Positions 18,942 through 28,700 of a stretch of DNA of 64,000 nt are shown one piece after another. This DNA comes from Candidatus Eiseniibacteriota bacterium (GTDB taxonomy: Bacteria > Eisenbacteria > RBG-16-71-46). Position numbers and translations under genes: made by a program. How positions within the stretch are numbered: position 1 is the first letter of the stretch; every line of letters begins with the position of its first letter. The notes beneath the pieces were generated by a model that did not search any database, was not told the origin of the DNA, and saw nothing but the letters and a program-made list of their open reading frames with translations. The stretch lies in NCBI GenBank assembly GCA_041483195.1, contig JBGPFC010000001.1, positions 128,001 to 192,000 of the forward strand, given 5' to 3'.

Positions 18942-20077
18942 ATCGCTGGGTGCGGCCGATCGTGCTGTCGACCTCGCTGGGCGCGGCGTGCGCGCGGCTG
19001 TGTGCGGCCGCTCCGCCCGACGACCTGTCGACGGCCAGCTCGATGCTGCGCACCTTCACCGACTCCGACCACATCGCGGTGCGGTCGCTGACCGGCGAAT
19101 ACGCGTTGCCGCTCAGGAGCAGCGCCGCGCTCTCGCTCCACTGGAACAACGAGCGCGTCAGCATCCCGGCGATCAAGGCGCCGCCCGGGAGCGCCGAGGC
19201 GGTGGACGCCATCACCACCGCCAGCCGCCCGATCGCCGGCAACGCTTTCCAGGACTACCTCAAGGTGCGAAACGAGGTGCAGGCCGGGCTCGACGCGCGC
19301 AACACGGCATTCGACTACTACGTCTCGAAGGAGACCGACTATCTGGCGCAGCAGGTGGGCGCGAAGCTCGACCGCGACCTGCGCGATCAGCGGCTGAACG
19401 TCTCGGTCGGCAGCAGCTACGGATGGGACGCGATCAAGCCGCTCGCCGACGACGACACGCGGACCGCGGCCAGCACCCGCACCACGCTGCACTGGAACGC
19501 GGTCGCCACCCAGATCCTCTCGCCCAGCACGCTGCTGCGTTGGGGCCTCGAGTACAACGTGGTCGAGGGGCTGCAGCACAACCCCTACCGCAACGTGTAC
19601 GCGGGCGGCAGCCACGTCGCGGAGCGCGAGCCCGGCCACCGCGAGCGCCGCGACACGTTCATCCGGCTCAACCAGTACCTGCCGGACCGCGCGAGCCTCA
19701 AGCTCAACTACCGCCTCTACAACGACGACTGGGGCATCACCTCGCACGAGATCGGCTCCGACCTCAACCAGTGCATCACGTCGGGCGTCTCGGCGCGCTA
19801 CGAGTATCGCTACTACACGCAGACCCGCGCGTGGTTCTACCGCGACGAATACCCGACGACCGGCGGCATCGACGGTTATCTCTCCGGCGACTACCGCATG
19901 AACGATCTCGCGTCACATCTGTTCGGCGCCTCGCTCCACATGGACATGGACGCCCTCGCAGCCGATCACCCGGTGCTGGGCCGGATGGGGCTGTGGCTCA
20001 ACTACCAGCGGTACTTCAACAGCAACAACTACTCAGCCAACATCCTCGAGACCGGACTGGATTTTCATTTCCAGTAA
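18926..20077 (+). CDS. DUF3570-family outer-membrane beta-barrel
   Basis: VDAITTAS, SKETDY, GLQHNPY, YRLYNDDWGITSH, YRYYTQTRAWFY and SGDYRM motifs. Start overlaps the DUF4266 CxC tail. Confidence 0.88.
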   Translation: MRVQVNRWVRPIVLSTSLGAACARLCAAAPPDDLSTASSMLRTFTDSDHIAVRSLTGEYALPLRSSAALSLHWNNERVSIPAIKAPPGSAEAVDAITTASRPIAGNAFQDYLKVRNEVQAGLDARNTAFDYYVSKETDYLAQQVGAKLDRDLRDQRLNVSVGSSYGWDAIKPLADDDTRTAASTRTTLHWNAVATQILSPSTLLRWGLEYNVVEGLQHNPYRNVYAGGSHVAEREPGHRERRDTFIRLNQYLPDRASLKLNYRLYNDDWGITSHEIGSDLNQCITSGVSARYEYRYYTQTRAWFYRDEYPTTGGIDGYLSGDYRMNDLASHLFGASLHMDMDALAADHPVLGRMGLWLNYQRYFNSNNYSANILETGLDFHFQ

Positions 20078-20087
20078 CGGTGCGGGG

Positions 20088-21755
20088 ATGAGAGAGGAGC
20101 ATCACGTGCGACGAAGCCTCCTGCTGGTCATCGGCCTGACGCTGGCCGCCGCGCCGCCCCTGCATGCAGGGACGTTCGCCCGGGCGTCGATCGCGCCCGA
20201 TCTGGGTCTCGACGCCTTCACGCGCGGCGTCGCGCGCGCGCAGGTCGGACGCGACGTGTTCTCCGATCCATGGGCGACGGTCACGATCTCGAACGTGGAT
20301 GTCTACGACCGCTTCCCGTACGTCGAGGCGAGAAACTTCGAGATCGTCTCGGACCCGCGGTGGAACCGGCTGGTGTGCGGCGAGGCGGGTCGCAGCCTGC
20401 GCGCGTACGACGGCGCGGGCGGCCCGCTGGGCTCGCTGTCGGAGCCGCGCGGCATGGCGGTGGACGAGCAGAATCGCGTGTACGTCGCGGACGCCGGTCA
20501 CGATCGCGTGGTGGTGCTGCGGGCGAACACGGAGTACGACGCGATCGACCTGGTCCCGCTCTACGCGATCGGTGGATTGAGTCATCCGTACGCCGTCGCC
20601 TACTCGGACGGCGGCACGCCGTTCGTCCCGGGCGACGACGTCCTCTACGTCGCCGACACTGGAAGGAACCGCATCGTCGCGTTCGCGCTGGGTGAGGCCT
20701 CGGCCCGCCAGGTCGCGGCGATCGGCGATCTCGGCAGCGGCGCCGGCCGGTTCGCCGGCCCGATGGCGATCGCGACCGGGCGCGCGAACGGCGCGAGCAC
20801 GCGCGACGTGTACGTCGCCGACGCGCACAATCGCCGCATCGTCCAGCTCCGGTACGAGTCGGGCGGCCTCACGTGGATTGGCGAGACCGCCGATGGCGCG
20901 GACGTCGTGACCTCGCTCGACACCGATCAGTGGGGCAACGTGTACGCCGCTGCGCCGCGACAGGGCGTGGTGCGCAAGTTCAACTCCGCGCTCGAGCCGG
21001 TCGCAGAGCTGAGCGGCGAGATCGCGCAGCCCAAGAGCTTCCATCTTCCGTTCGCGAACGTGCGCGATCACCGCGACGGCAGCATGCGCCGCGTCGGCCA
21101 GCCCAACGCGGTCTCGGTCGATCGGTGGTCGGACGCGAGCGGCGTCAACCTGTGGAACCTGGGCGTGACCATCGCCGGGCTCGGAGTGGTCGGCGGCGAT
21201 CAGCCCTCCGCGCGCTACACGCTGACCGATCAGGCCGACGTGACGCTCGAGATCCGCGACGCCGCGAGCGGCCGCGTGGTCGCGCGTCGCGCGATCGGCA
21301 CAGAGGGCGCCGGCGCGCACTCGTTCGCGCTGCTCGCCAGCGAGCTGGGCAGCAAGCCCGGCGCGAGCGACCTCGTGTTGCGGCTGTCGGCGGCGTCCAG
21401 CTATGCGGACGGCGCCTCGGACGTGGCCCAGGCCAGCTTCAGCGCCGTGGGCAATGGAAGCGCGGCGCTGCCGTCGCAGCCGGTGCTGCTCGGGAGCTGG
21501 CCCAACCCCGGCCGGCCGTTCACGCGGATCGGTTTCGCGCTGCCGCAGTCTTCGACCGGCAGGGCTTCGCTTGGAATGTTCGACGTCCTCGGCCGCCGGG
21601 TGCGCACGTTCGCCGGCGCCTTCTCGCCTGGGATGAACGAGGTGATCTGGGACGGGACCGACGACAACGGCCACGCGGTGGGCTCCGGGCTCTACTTCTA
21701 CCGGCTCGACGTCGGCTCCGAGCGCTACACGGGACGGCTGACTTTCATTCGGTAA
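20088..21755 (+). CDS. Secreted NHL-repeat beta-propeller with a C-terminal FlgD-Ig/T9SS-like domain
   Basis: NHL repeats (PRGMAVDEQNRVYVADAGHDRV, LYVADTGRNRI, VYVADAHNRRI). C-terminal domain WPNP...FDVLGRRVR...WDGTDDNGHAVGSGLYFYRL. Confidence 0.85.
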   Translation: MREEHHVRRSLLLVIGLTLAAAPPLHAGTFARASIAPDLGLDAFTRGVARAQVGRDVFSDPWATVTISNVDVYDRFPYVEARNFEIVSDPRWNRLVCGEAGRSLRAYDGAGGPLGSLSEPRGMAVDEQNRVYVADAGHDRVVVLRANTEYDAIDLVPLYAIGGLSHPYAVAYSDGGTPFVPGDDVLYVADTGRNRIVAFALGEASARQVAAIGDLGSGAGRFAGPMAIATGRANGASTRDVYVADAHNRRIVQLRYESGGLTWIGETADGADVVTSLDTDQWGNVYAAAPRQGVVRKFNSALEPVAELSGEIAQPKSFHLPFANVRDHRDGSMRRVGQPNAVSVDRWSDASGVNLWNLGVTIAGLGVVGGDQPSARYTLTDQADVTLEIRDAASGRVVARRAIGTEGAGAHSFALLASELGSKPGASDLVLRLSAASSYADGASDVAQASFSAVGNGSAALPSQPVLLGSWPNPGRPFTRIGFALPQSSTGRASLGMFDVLGRRVRTFAGAFSPGMNEVIWDGTDDNGHAVGSGLYFYRLDVGSERYTGRLTFIR

Positions 21756-21798
21756 TCGCACGCGCGCCGGGCGACCCGCCCGCGCGCGCTCGAGGAGG

Positions 21799-22431
21799 AT
21801 GGTCATCGTGAGATTCGGCGGGTGGCGCATCATCGCGGGGCGGACGTCACGCATCGTCGTGATCACGCTCGGCGCGATCGCGCTCGGCGGGTGCTTCGAC
21901 GAGCCGAAGATCGAGCAGCGCTGGACCCGGATCGATCTCACGGGATCGAACCTGGCGCTGGGCCAGTCGTTCACGCTCGGCGTGCGCGAGTCGATCTCGG
22001 TGCGAACCTCCATCGTGTATCGCTCGATCGTCACCGGCTATGCGGTGGCCGAGCTGCGCGCGAGCGGATCGGTATCGCCCGCGAGCGTCGACCTGCGGCC
22101 GGACGCCCCCCGCCTCAACATGGCGCAGGACGTGGACCGCGTCCTCCAGAACTCGATCACGCTCGGGCGCGGGATTCGCGCGGTCACCGGGTGGGATCAC
22201 CTCATGCAGGACATCACGTTCTCGTTCAGCGGCGTGGTGCCGGTCGGCATGGACAGCATCGCCACGGGATCGGCCGGCGGACTCTTCATGGTCTGTTACC
22301 TGGGCTCCGGCCAGCGGATCGAGCGCCCGGGCCAGCCCGACACCGTCATCGTCACGCCGTTCGTCTCCACCGCGCGTGAGCTGCTGCCGGTGGGCCTCGA
22401 GCTCACCGTGCCCGCTCCGAGGAACAATTGA
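21799..22431 (+). CDS. Hypothetical lipoprotein
   Basis: GAGGAGG RBS and lipobox IALGG-C. Confidence 0.7.
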   Translation: MVIVRFGGWRIIAGRTSRIVVITLGAIALGGCFDEPKIEQRWTRIDLTGSNLALGQSFTLGVRESISVRTSIVYRSIVTGYAVAELRASGSVSPASVDLRPDAPRLNMAQDVDRVLQNSITLGRGIRAVTGWDHLMQDITFSFSGVVPVGMDSIATGSAGGLFMVCYLGSGQRIERPGQPDTVIVTPFVSTARELLPVGLELTVPAPRNN

Positions 22432-23195
22432 AGGCGGCCCGGCGCACCTCGCGCGCGGCCCGCCGCCCGCGCGGCGCTTCGCCGCTCGCGGGCGGCGTCG
22501 CGGCGTGCGTGCTCGCGCTCGGCTGCGGCGCGGCTCGAGCCGATCGCGTCCCCGCTGGCGACGCGATCGCGGACGGCGTCGCGACCGAAGCGGGATCGGG
22601 CGTGAGTCGCGACCCGCGCGGCTTCCGGCTCGCGCTCTCGCTGCTCAGCGGATCCACCAGGGCCGACGCGGGACTCTCCGCCTATCAGTGGAGCACGACC
22701 CCGCGCATGGCGTGGGGCGCGCAGGCGCTCGCCGGCCGCGGACGCTTCGAGATCGGGCCGCGCCTCTGGCGCTCGAGCACCACGCAGCGCATCGACGTGC
22801 CGGGCGTCACGGCGTCGCCCACCGTGCGATCCACCAGCCTCGAGCTGGTGGGACGGGGACGGGTCGCCACCTGCTGGGACGCCCGCCTGCTGGCGAGCGC
22901 GAGCGGCGGGCGGCTCCACCTCGGCTACGACCCCGACCAGATCGTGATCCCCTCCTATGGATTGGGCGCGCCGATCGTGGCGCGCTTCACCCCGGTGGAC
23001 GAATGGATCGCGGGGCTGGGGCTCGGGGTCGAACGCCCGCTGCTCGAACGATGGACCGTCGGTCTGGCATTCGAGCGCCGGATCTTCGGATTGGACACGG
23101 CGCACCGCAGCGGCAACGTGATCGTGAACGCGCGCGAGTCGTTCGGCGACTGGAGCGCGCGGCTGGAGCTCTCGAGGCTGCTTCAACGTCGGTGA
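22428..23195 (+). CDS. Probable outer-membrane beta-barrel protein
   Basis: TTGA overlap and a signal-like segment. Amphipathic strands WIAGLGLGVER, WTVGLAFERR and WSARLEL. Confidence 0.6.
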   Translation: MKAARRTSRAARRPRGASPLAGGVAACVLALGCGAARADRVPAGDAIADGVATEAGSGVSRDPRGFRLALSLLSGSTRADAGLSAYQWSTTPRMAWGAQALAGRGRFEIGPRLWRSSTTQRIDVPGVTASPTVRSTSLELVGRGRVATCWDARLLASASGGRLHLGYDPDQIVIPSYGLGAPIVARFTPVDEWIAGLGLGVERPLLERWTVGLAFERRIFGLDTAHRSGNVIVNARESFGDWSARLELSRLLQRR

Positions 23196-23206
23196 AAGGA
23201 ATCACG

Positions 23207-24154
23207 ATGAGACACGATCCGCATCACTCTTCCATCCACCATGCGCATGCCGTGCGCGCGCTGCTGCTCGCGACCACGATCGCGACCTGCGCGACCCCGG
23301 CCCTTTCCCAGACCGCGCCGGAACCCGCTGTGCCGCTCGCGAGCGATCGCGATTCCACGCAGTCGGTCGAGGGGACCGCGGTCCCCATGCCCGCCGTGTC
23401 GGATCTGGCCGCCGCGCCCAACCCGAGCCCCGTGAGCTCTTCCAAGAAGGTCCGGCTCATCGGGAAGCCGCAGAACGTGGTGCGGTCCGGCCCCGGGAGC
23501 GGGTTCGCGATCGTCGGCGTGTACCCGAAGGACGCGACCTACACCGTCATCGCGAAGACCGACGAGTGGTACAACATCCGCCTCTCCGAGACCGAGAGCG
23601 GCTGGATCCACGCCTCGCTCTGCAAGGAGCTGGACGACCTCTCCGGACTCAAGTACCAGCCCAATCCCAGGCTCTACTCGCGCACCGGCAGCTACACGCT
23701 CGCCGGTTACAGCGGCGCCTACGCCTACGATCGCAAGTCCAACTCGCTCGTGCTGGGCGGCCGGCTCGGCTACTACGTTTTCGACCGGCTCCGCGCCGAG
23801 GCCGGCGTGTCATGGACGCACGTGCGCCGCCCGGCGGAGATCGTCGAGTCGTTGTTCGGCCTCTCGCTCGAGGCCGAGGACTTCCACATGCTGTTCTACC
23901 AGATGGACGCCGTGTGGGAGCTGCTCCCGGGCCGGCAGATGGTGCCGTTCGTCGGCGCGGGCGTTGGATCCACCATCATGCTGGGCCGGTCCGAGCCGAG
24001 CCTCAACTTCGGCGCCGGGACGATGCTGTTCGTCTCGAAGCGGACCGCGATGCGCTGGGAAGTGCGGGAGTACCGGTTCGACTCGGGGCCGGGAGCCGCG
24101 CGCATCACCAACAACAACGTCGAATTCACGCTCAGCAGCGAATTCCTCTTCTAG
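23207..24154 (+). CDS. SH3b domain plus outer-membrane beta-barrel protein
   Basis: SH3b segment NVVRSGPGSGFAIV...WYNIRL...SGWIH, followed by barrel strands GGRLGYY, VPFVGAGVG, LNFGAG and MRWEVR, with a terminal Phe. Confidence 0.85.
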   Translation: MRHDPHHSSIHHAHAVRALLLATTIATCATPALSQTAPEPAVPLASDRDSTQSVEGTAVPMPAVSDLAAAPNPSPVSSSKKVRLIGKPQNVVRSGPGSGFAIVGVYPKDATYTVIAKTDEWYNIRLSETESGWIHASLCKELDDLSGLKYQPNPRLYSRTGSYTLAGYSGAYAYDRKSNSLVLGGRLGYYVFDRLRAEAGVSWTHVRRPAEIVESLFGLSLEAEDFHMLFYQMDAVWELLPGRQMVPFVGAGVGSTIMLGRSEPSLNFGAGTMLFVSKRTAMRWEVREYRFDSGPGAARITNNNVEFTLSSEFLF

Positions 24155-24164
24155 GAGCGCGCCC

Positions 24165-24770
24165 ATGATGGAACGCGACATCCCGGTCGTCCGATCGTTG
24201 TTGCCGAGACCCCACCCGCCGCGACGCACGCTTGCGATCGCGCTCATGCTGACGGCGCTGCTCGGCTCGCGGGCCGGGGCCGGCACGCACGCTTCGTCAG
24301 AGGCGCGGTCGGGCCTGGACATCGCCGCCGCCGCCGCGCAGAGCTGGGCGGGCGACGCCTCGCTGATCTACATCGAGAACGACGAAGATCTCCAATCGGG
24401 CGGGACCGCGCCGCGCTGGGGCTACCTCTTCTTCTCACCGGCGCTCGAGAAGGCCCGCGTCTACTCCGTGCGCGACGGAAAGATCGTCGTCGCCGAGAAC
24501 CTCGAGATGAAGTTCGAGGCGCCCCCGCTCACCGCCGGCTGGATCGACAGCGGGGCGGCGCTCGACGCGGCCGACGAGAAGGCCGGCCGCGCGTTCTGCC
24601 GCGAGCACGGCGGGAAGCTGAGCACCATGCTGCTGATGCGCGGCGCGTTCAGCGAAGGCGATCCCGACCAGACCACGTGGACGCTGATCTACACCTCGCC
24701 GCACGCCGCCTCGCTGTTCGTGGTGGTGGACGCTTCGGCCGGCAAGGTGCGCCGCACCTGGAGAGGGTGA
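24165..24770 (+). CDS. Secreted hypothetical protein with two PepSY-like repeats
   Basis: Signal-like N-terminus and an internal duplication (WGYLFFSP...VYSVRDGKIV / WTLIYTSP...VVVDASAGKV). Confidence 0.6.
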   Translation: MMERDIPVVRSLLPRPHPPRRTLAIALMLTALLGSRAGAGTHASSEARSGLDIAAAAAQSWAGDASLIYIENDEDLQSGGTAPRWGYLFFSPALEKARVYSVRDGKIVVAENLEMKFEAPPLTAGWIDSGAALDAADEKAGRAFCREHGGKLSTMLLMRGAFSEGDPDQTTWTLIYTSPHAASLFVVVDASAGKVRRTWRG

Positions 24771-24775
24771 CCGTC

Positions 24776-25717
24776 ATGCGATCGCACTCGATTCGCCAGC
24801 GCCTCTCCGCAGCCACTCCTCGCGCGCGCGTCCCGGCGACCACGCTGCTCGCCGTCGCCGCCGCGGTCGCGCTCCACGCGCCGTTCGCGTGCGCGGAGCC
24901 CGCGCCGGAGGCGCGCGCCGCGCCAGCTGTGGCCGCGGCCTCGGACGTCGCGACCGACGTCAGGGTCGAGCGGGTTAGGCCGAAGCGCGAGAAACATCCC
25001 ACGCTCCGGTTCCTGAAGGAGAATCGCGATTTCATCCGGGCGCGATTCGACTTGCTCCGCGAAAAGCCGGACGACCATTCGGGCTCCGCCGCCGCGATCG
25101 ACCCGCGCTTCCTCTCCTACCAGCACATGTTGCGGGAGATCCTCTCGGCGCGCGACTCGCTCGCCGTCGCCGAGGACCTGCGCCAGCGGCGCGACCTGTT
25201 CCAGAGCGTCACCGCGCTCGGCGAGCTCGAGAAGGAGCTCGACCTCATGGAGAATCTGCTGGCCGCGCAACGCGGGCGCCTCGGCGTCATGCAGGCGGAC
25301 TTCACGGGCCGCCAGCAGACCGCCCTCGCGATCGTCGTGAGCGGGTATCCCGGTGACGGCGCGCTCGCGACCCTCACGATCACCCTCGACGACGGCGCCC
25401 CGATCTCGATCGCGCTCAGCGACGAGCAGCGCGAATCGCTCCGGCGCGGAGGCATGCTCGAGCTGTTCCACGGGCTGGTGGAGCCGCGCGAGCAGGTCCT
25501 CTCGATCGCGATCGGCGGCGAGGGCTGGCCGGCGGACGATGCCGGCTTCGTCACGCTGGACCCCGCTCGCGACCGCCTGACGTTTCTGCGCATGGACCTC
25601 ACCCCCGCGCATGCGGCCCAGGGCGCGGCGAGCATGCGGGCGAGCACCTGGCTGCAGGACACGGCGCTCGACGGATCGATGGTGCGCGCGAGCGATGGAA
25701 CCCCGATCCGGCCGTGA
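24776..25717 (+). CDS. Secreted coiled-coil plus beta-sandwich protein typical of TPR-ExbBD clusters
   Basis: Signal peptide, coiled coil, then TALAIVVS...LTITLDD...SLRRGGMLELFHGLVEP. I recall this family preceding the TPR genes in related clusters. No HTH. Confidence 0.65.
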   Translation: MRSHSIRQRLSAATPRARVPATTLLAVAAAVALHAPFACAEPAPEARAAPAVAAASDVATDVRVERVRPKREKHPTLRFLKENRDFIRARFDLLREKPDDHSGSAAAIDPRFLSYQHMLREILSARDSLAVAEDLRQRRDLFQSVTALGELEKELDLMENLLAAQRGRLGVMQADFTGRQQTALAIVVSGYPGDGALATLTITLDDGAPISIALSDEQRESLRRGGMLELFHGLVEPREQVLSIAIGGEGWPADDAGFVTLDPARDRLTFLRMDLTPAHAAQGAASMRASTWLQDTALDGSMVRASDGTPIRP

Positions 25718-28700
25718 GACCGCCGCCCTCGTTCCCGACCCCGACGACTCTGCTCTGGGCCGTCGCGCTCGCCTGCGGCGCCTGCGCGTCAGCGCGCGCC
25801 GAGCCGGCGCTCACGGATTCTTCGCGGCGGGTGCGGCCCGCGCATGAGGCGCTCGATCGTGACCCACTCTCACTCGGACGCGCGGTGATGGAGCAGAGCG
25901 TTTCGCATCCGCGCGGCGTCGTCGAGCAGCTCGAGCCGATCGACTTCTCGCTCCAGCCCTCGTGGGCCGAGGCCGACCGCGCGGCGTTCCTGCTCGGACA
26001 CGCCTACCTCCAGCTCGGGAGCACCGACCGGTTCGTGAGCCTCGCGCGCAACGTCGCGCGCTGGGAGCGCAAGAGCGCATACACCGAATGGCTCGCCTTC
26101 CAGCTGCTGCTGATCGAGGCCGAGGGCGGCGACTCGCTGCCCGCCGGCCCGGGCGCCGCCGACGCGCCGCTCGCCGGGCACCTTCCGCCGCTCGCGGCGG
26201 CCCACGGCGGCGACGACGCGACGGATTCCGCGGCGCTCGCCGCGATCGACACCAGCACCGCGATCGGTCGCGATCTGGCGGGCGCGGCGCGGATCCGGCT
26301 CGCCACGCGCGCGCTGGAGCGCGGCGATGACGCGCGCGCGCTGCTCGATGGCGTGCCGGCCGGCAGCCGCTACGCATCGCGCGCCCATCACATGCTCGGG
26401 CTGATCGCGCTGGAGCGCGGCGAGACCGAGCGCGGCATGGGGCTGCTCGCTTCGCTGCTGGCCGGCGATTCGAGCTACGCGGAGCGCAGGGAGGCGTGGC
26501 TCGCGCTCGCCGACCGCACGCTCGAGCAGGGCCGATGGGACGCCGCGCACCAGAGCTACGAGGCGATCGACCGCGACTGGACGCTGAACCGCGACGCGCT
26601 GGAGCGCGTGCTCGCCGAGCGTGCGTTCGACAGCATGTGGGCGGCGTGGCGCGCGGATCCGCAGAACTCGGGTGCTGTGATGATCGACGCTGCGCCGGCG
26701 CGGGCGCTGGCGGAGAACCTCGCATCGGAATCGGCCGATCTGCGCGCGCGGCCCGCCACGCCGACGCCGGCGCTCGACGTCCCGCGGCGCGCCGCGCCGC
26801 CGCGCTGGCCGGTCCCTCCGCCCGCGCCCGGCGCGTGGAAGGCGGTCGCGGCCGGGGAGCGCCGCGCCGGCGAGGCCGCCGACGCGCTCGAGCGCAATCG
26901 ATCGGCGATGGAACACGAGCTCGAAACGCTCGGCGACCGCCGCCGGTACTTCGGAATCGGACGCGAGCGCAACGCGCTCGAGGCCGCGCAGCTGGTCGAG
27001 CGCACGACCCGGCTCGCCGCGTTGCGCGCGCAGCTCGATTCGATCGACGCGAAGCTCCGCGCGGTGCGGGACGAGGCCACCCGGCGGGTCGCGATGCGCG
27101 CGGCGCGGATCCTCGAGACCTGTGCGGGAGACGCCATCTGGATCGGCGGCATGCGCCGGCTGAACGTCGACGGGCCGGATCGCGCCCGCGCGATCGCGAC
27201 GCCGGACGGCTATCCCGGGCCAGACTCCGTACTCGCGCGGGAGGATTCGCTCGCCGCGGGGATTCGGGGCGCGGTCCAGGCGATGGCGGCCGACGCCCCG
27301 GGGCGGATCGCGCGCTCCTATGCGGAGGCCTGGCGCCCGAAGCTGATCGATCGCGCGATCGCGCTGAACGCGGACGCCGCGCGCGGCCTGGCGATGACGC
27401 GGGTGCTCGGATCGTCCGTCGATTCCAGCATCGCGGCGGCGTGGACGGACGAAACCGTGCGGCGGCTGGATGCGCGCATGCTGCCGCTCGCGGAGCGCGC
27501 AGATTCGCTCCGCGGCGCCGTCGCCACGCTGCGCGACGGGGTGGCGCGGAAGGCGGTCGATGGCGCGCTCGCCTCGCTCGATGGCGAACGGGAGGCGATC
27601 GACTACGGCCTCGCGGCCTCCGCCTACGGCCTCGGCGTGCGGCTCGAGCGATCGGACTCATCGAGCACCCTCGCGGCGGCCGCTGGCGCGTCGATCGCGC
27701 GCGACACGACCGGCGCAGCGCCTGAGCCGGGCGAGGAGTTCGACGATCCCGCGAGCTCGGGTGCGCGTGCGGATGCGATCGTCGCGATCCGGGCGTTCCT
27801 CGAGCGCCATCCGCGCTCGCTCGCGCGCGGCGAGATGAGGTTTCGCCTGGCCGACCTGCTGATGATCGACTCGCGCCAGGCCTTCCGCGAGCGGATGGCG
27901 GGCTACGTCCGCGAGCAGTCGGAGGGCGGAACCGCCGGGGCCGCGCTCCCGGTGATGGATCACGCGCCGGCGCTCGCGCTCTATCGCGAGATCCTCGCCG
28001 AGGATCTCGACTTCCCTCATCGCGACGCGGTGCTGTTCGACGCAGGGATGATCCTCGCCGACGACGGCGACCCCGAGGCGGCGCGCTATTTCGACCGGCT
28101 CGTGACCGATCATCCGCACTCGCCCTACTGCCAGGAGAGCTACCTGCGCATGGGCGACATGCAGTTCAACGAGAAGCGGTTCGCCGCCGGCATCGAGCTC
28201 TATCAGCACGCCGCGGCCGGGACCGACCTCGGCATGCGCGTGATCGCCCTCTACAAGATGGGCTGGGCGCACTTCAACGAGGATCGATTCATGGAGGCCG
28301 CCGACGCGTTCCGCGGGGTGCTGGATCTCTACGGGTCCGATCGCCGCGCGATCCCGGTCGACATCGAAGGCGAGTCGCAGGCGTATCTGGTCCACTCGCT
28401 CGCCGCGGCCGGCGGGGCTCCGACCTTCGAAGAATACTTCGGCCGCATCGGCGCGCGTCCCTACGAGCGGACTGTACTGCTCGCGCTAGGCCAGCAGTTC
28501 AGGCGCTATGGCGAGTTTCCGCGCGCCGCCGAGATCGATGAGCTGTTCATCCGCCGGTTCCCGTTGGATCCCGACGCGCTGGTGAGCGCGGAGCGGCTGG
28601 TCGAGACCCTTCGGCGTTCGGAGCGGCCGGCTCGCGAGCGCGAGTCGCGGCTCGCGCTCGCGCCCCGCTTCGCCCCGGCGAGCGAATGGTTCGTGGCGCA

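Noticed and set aside
24776..25717. Transcriptional regulator (a label I recall on similar proteins)
   Set aside because: It has a signal peptide and no helix-turn-helix.
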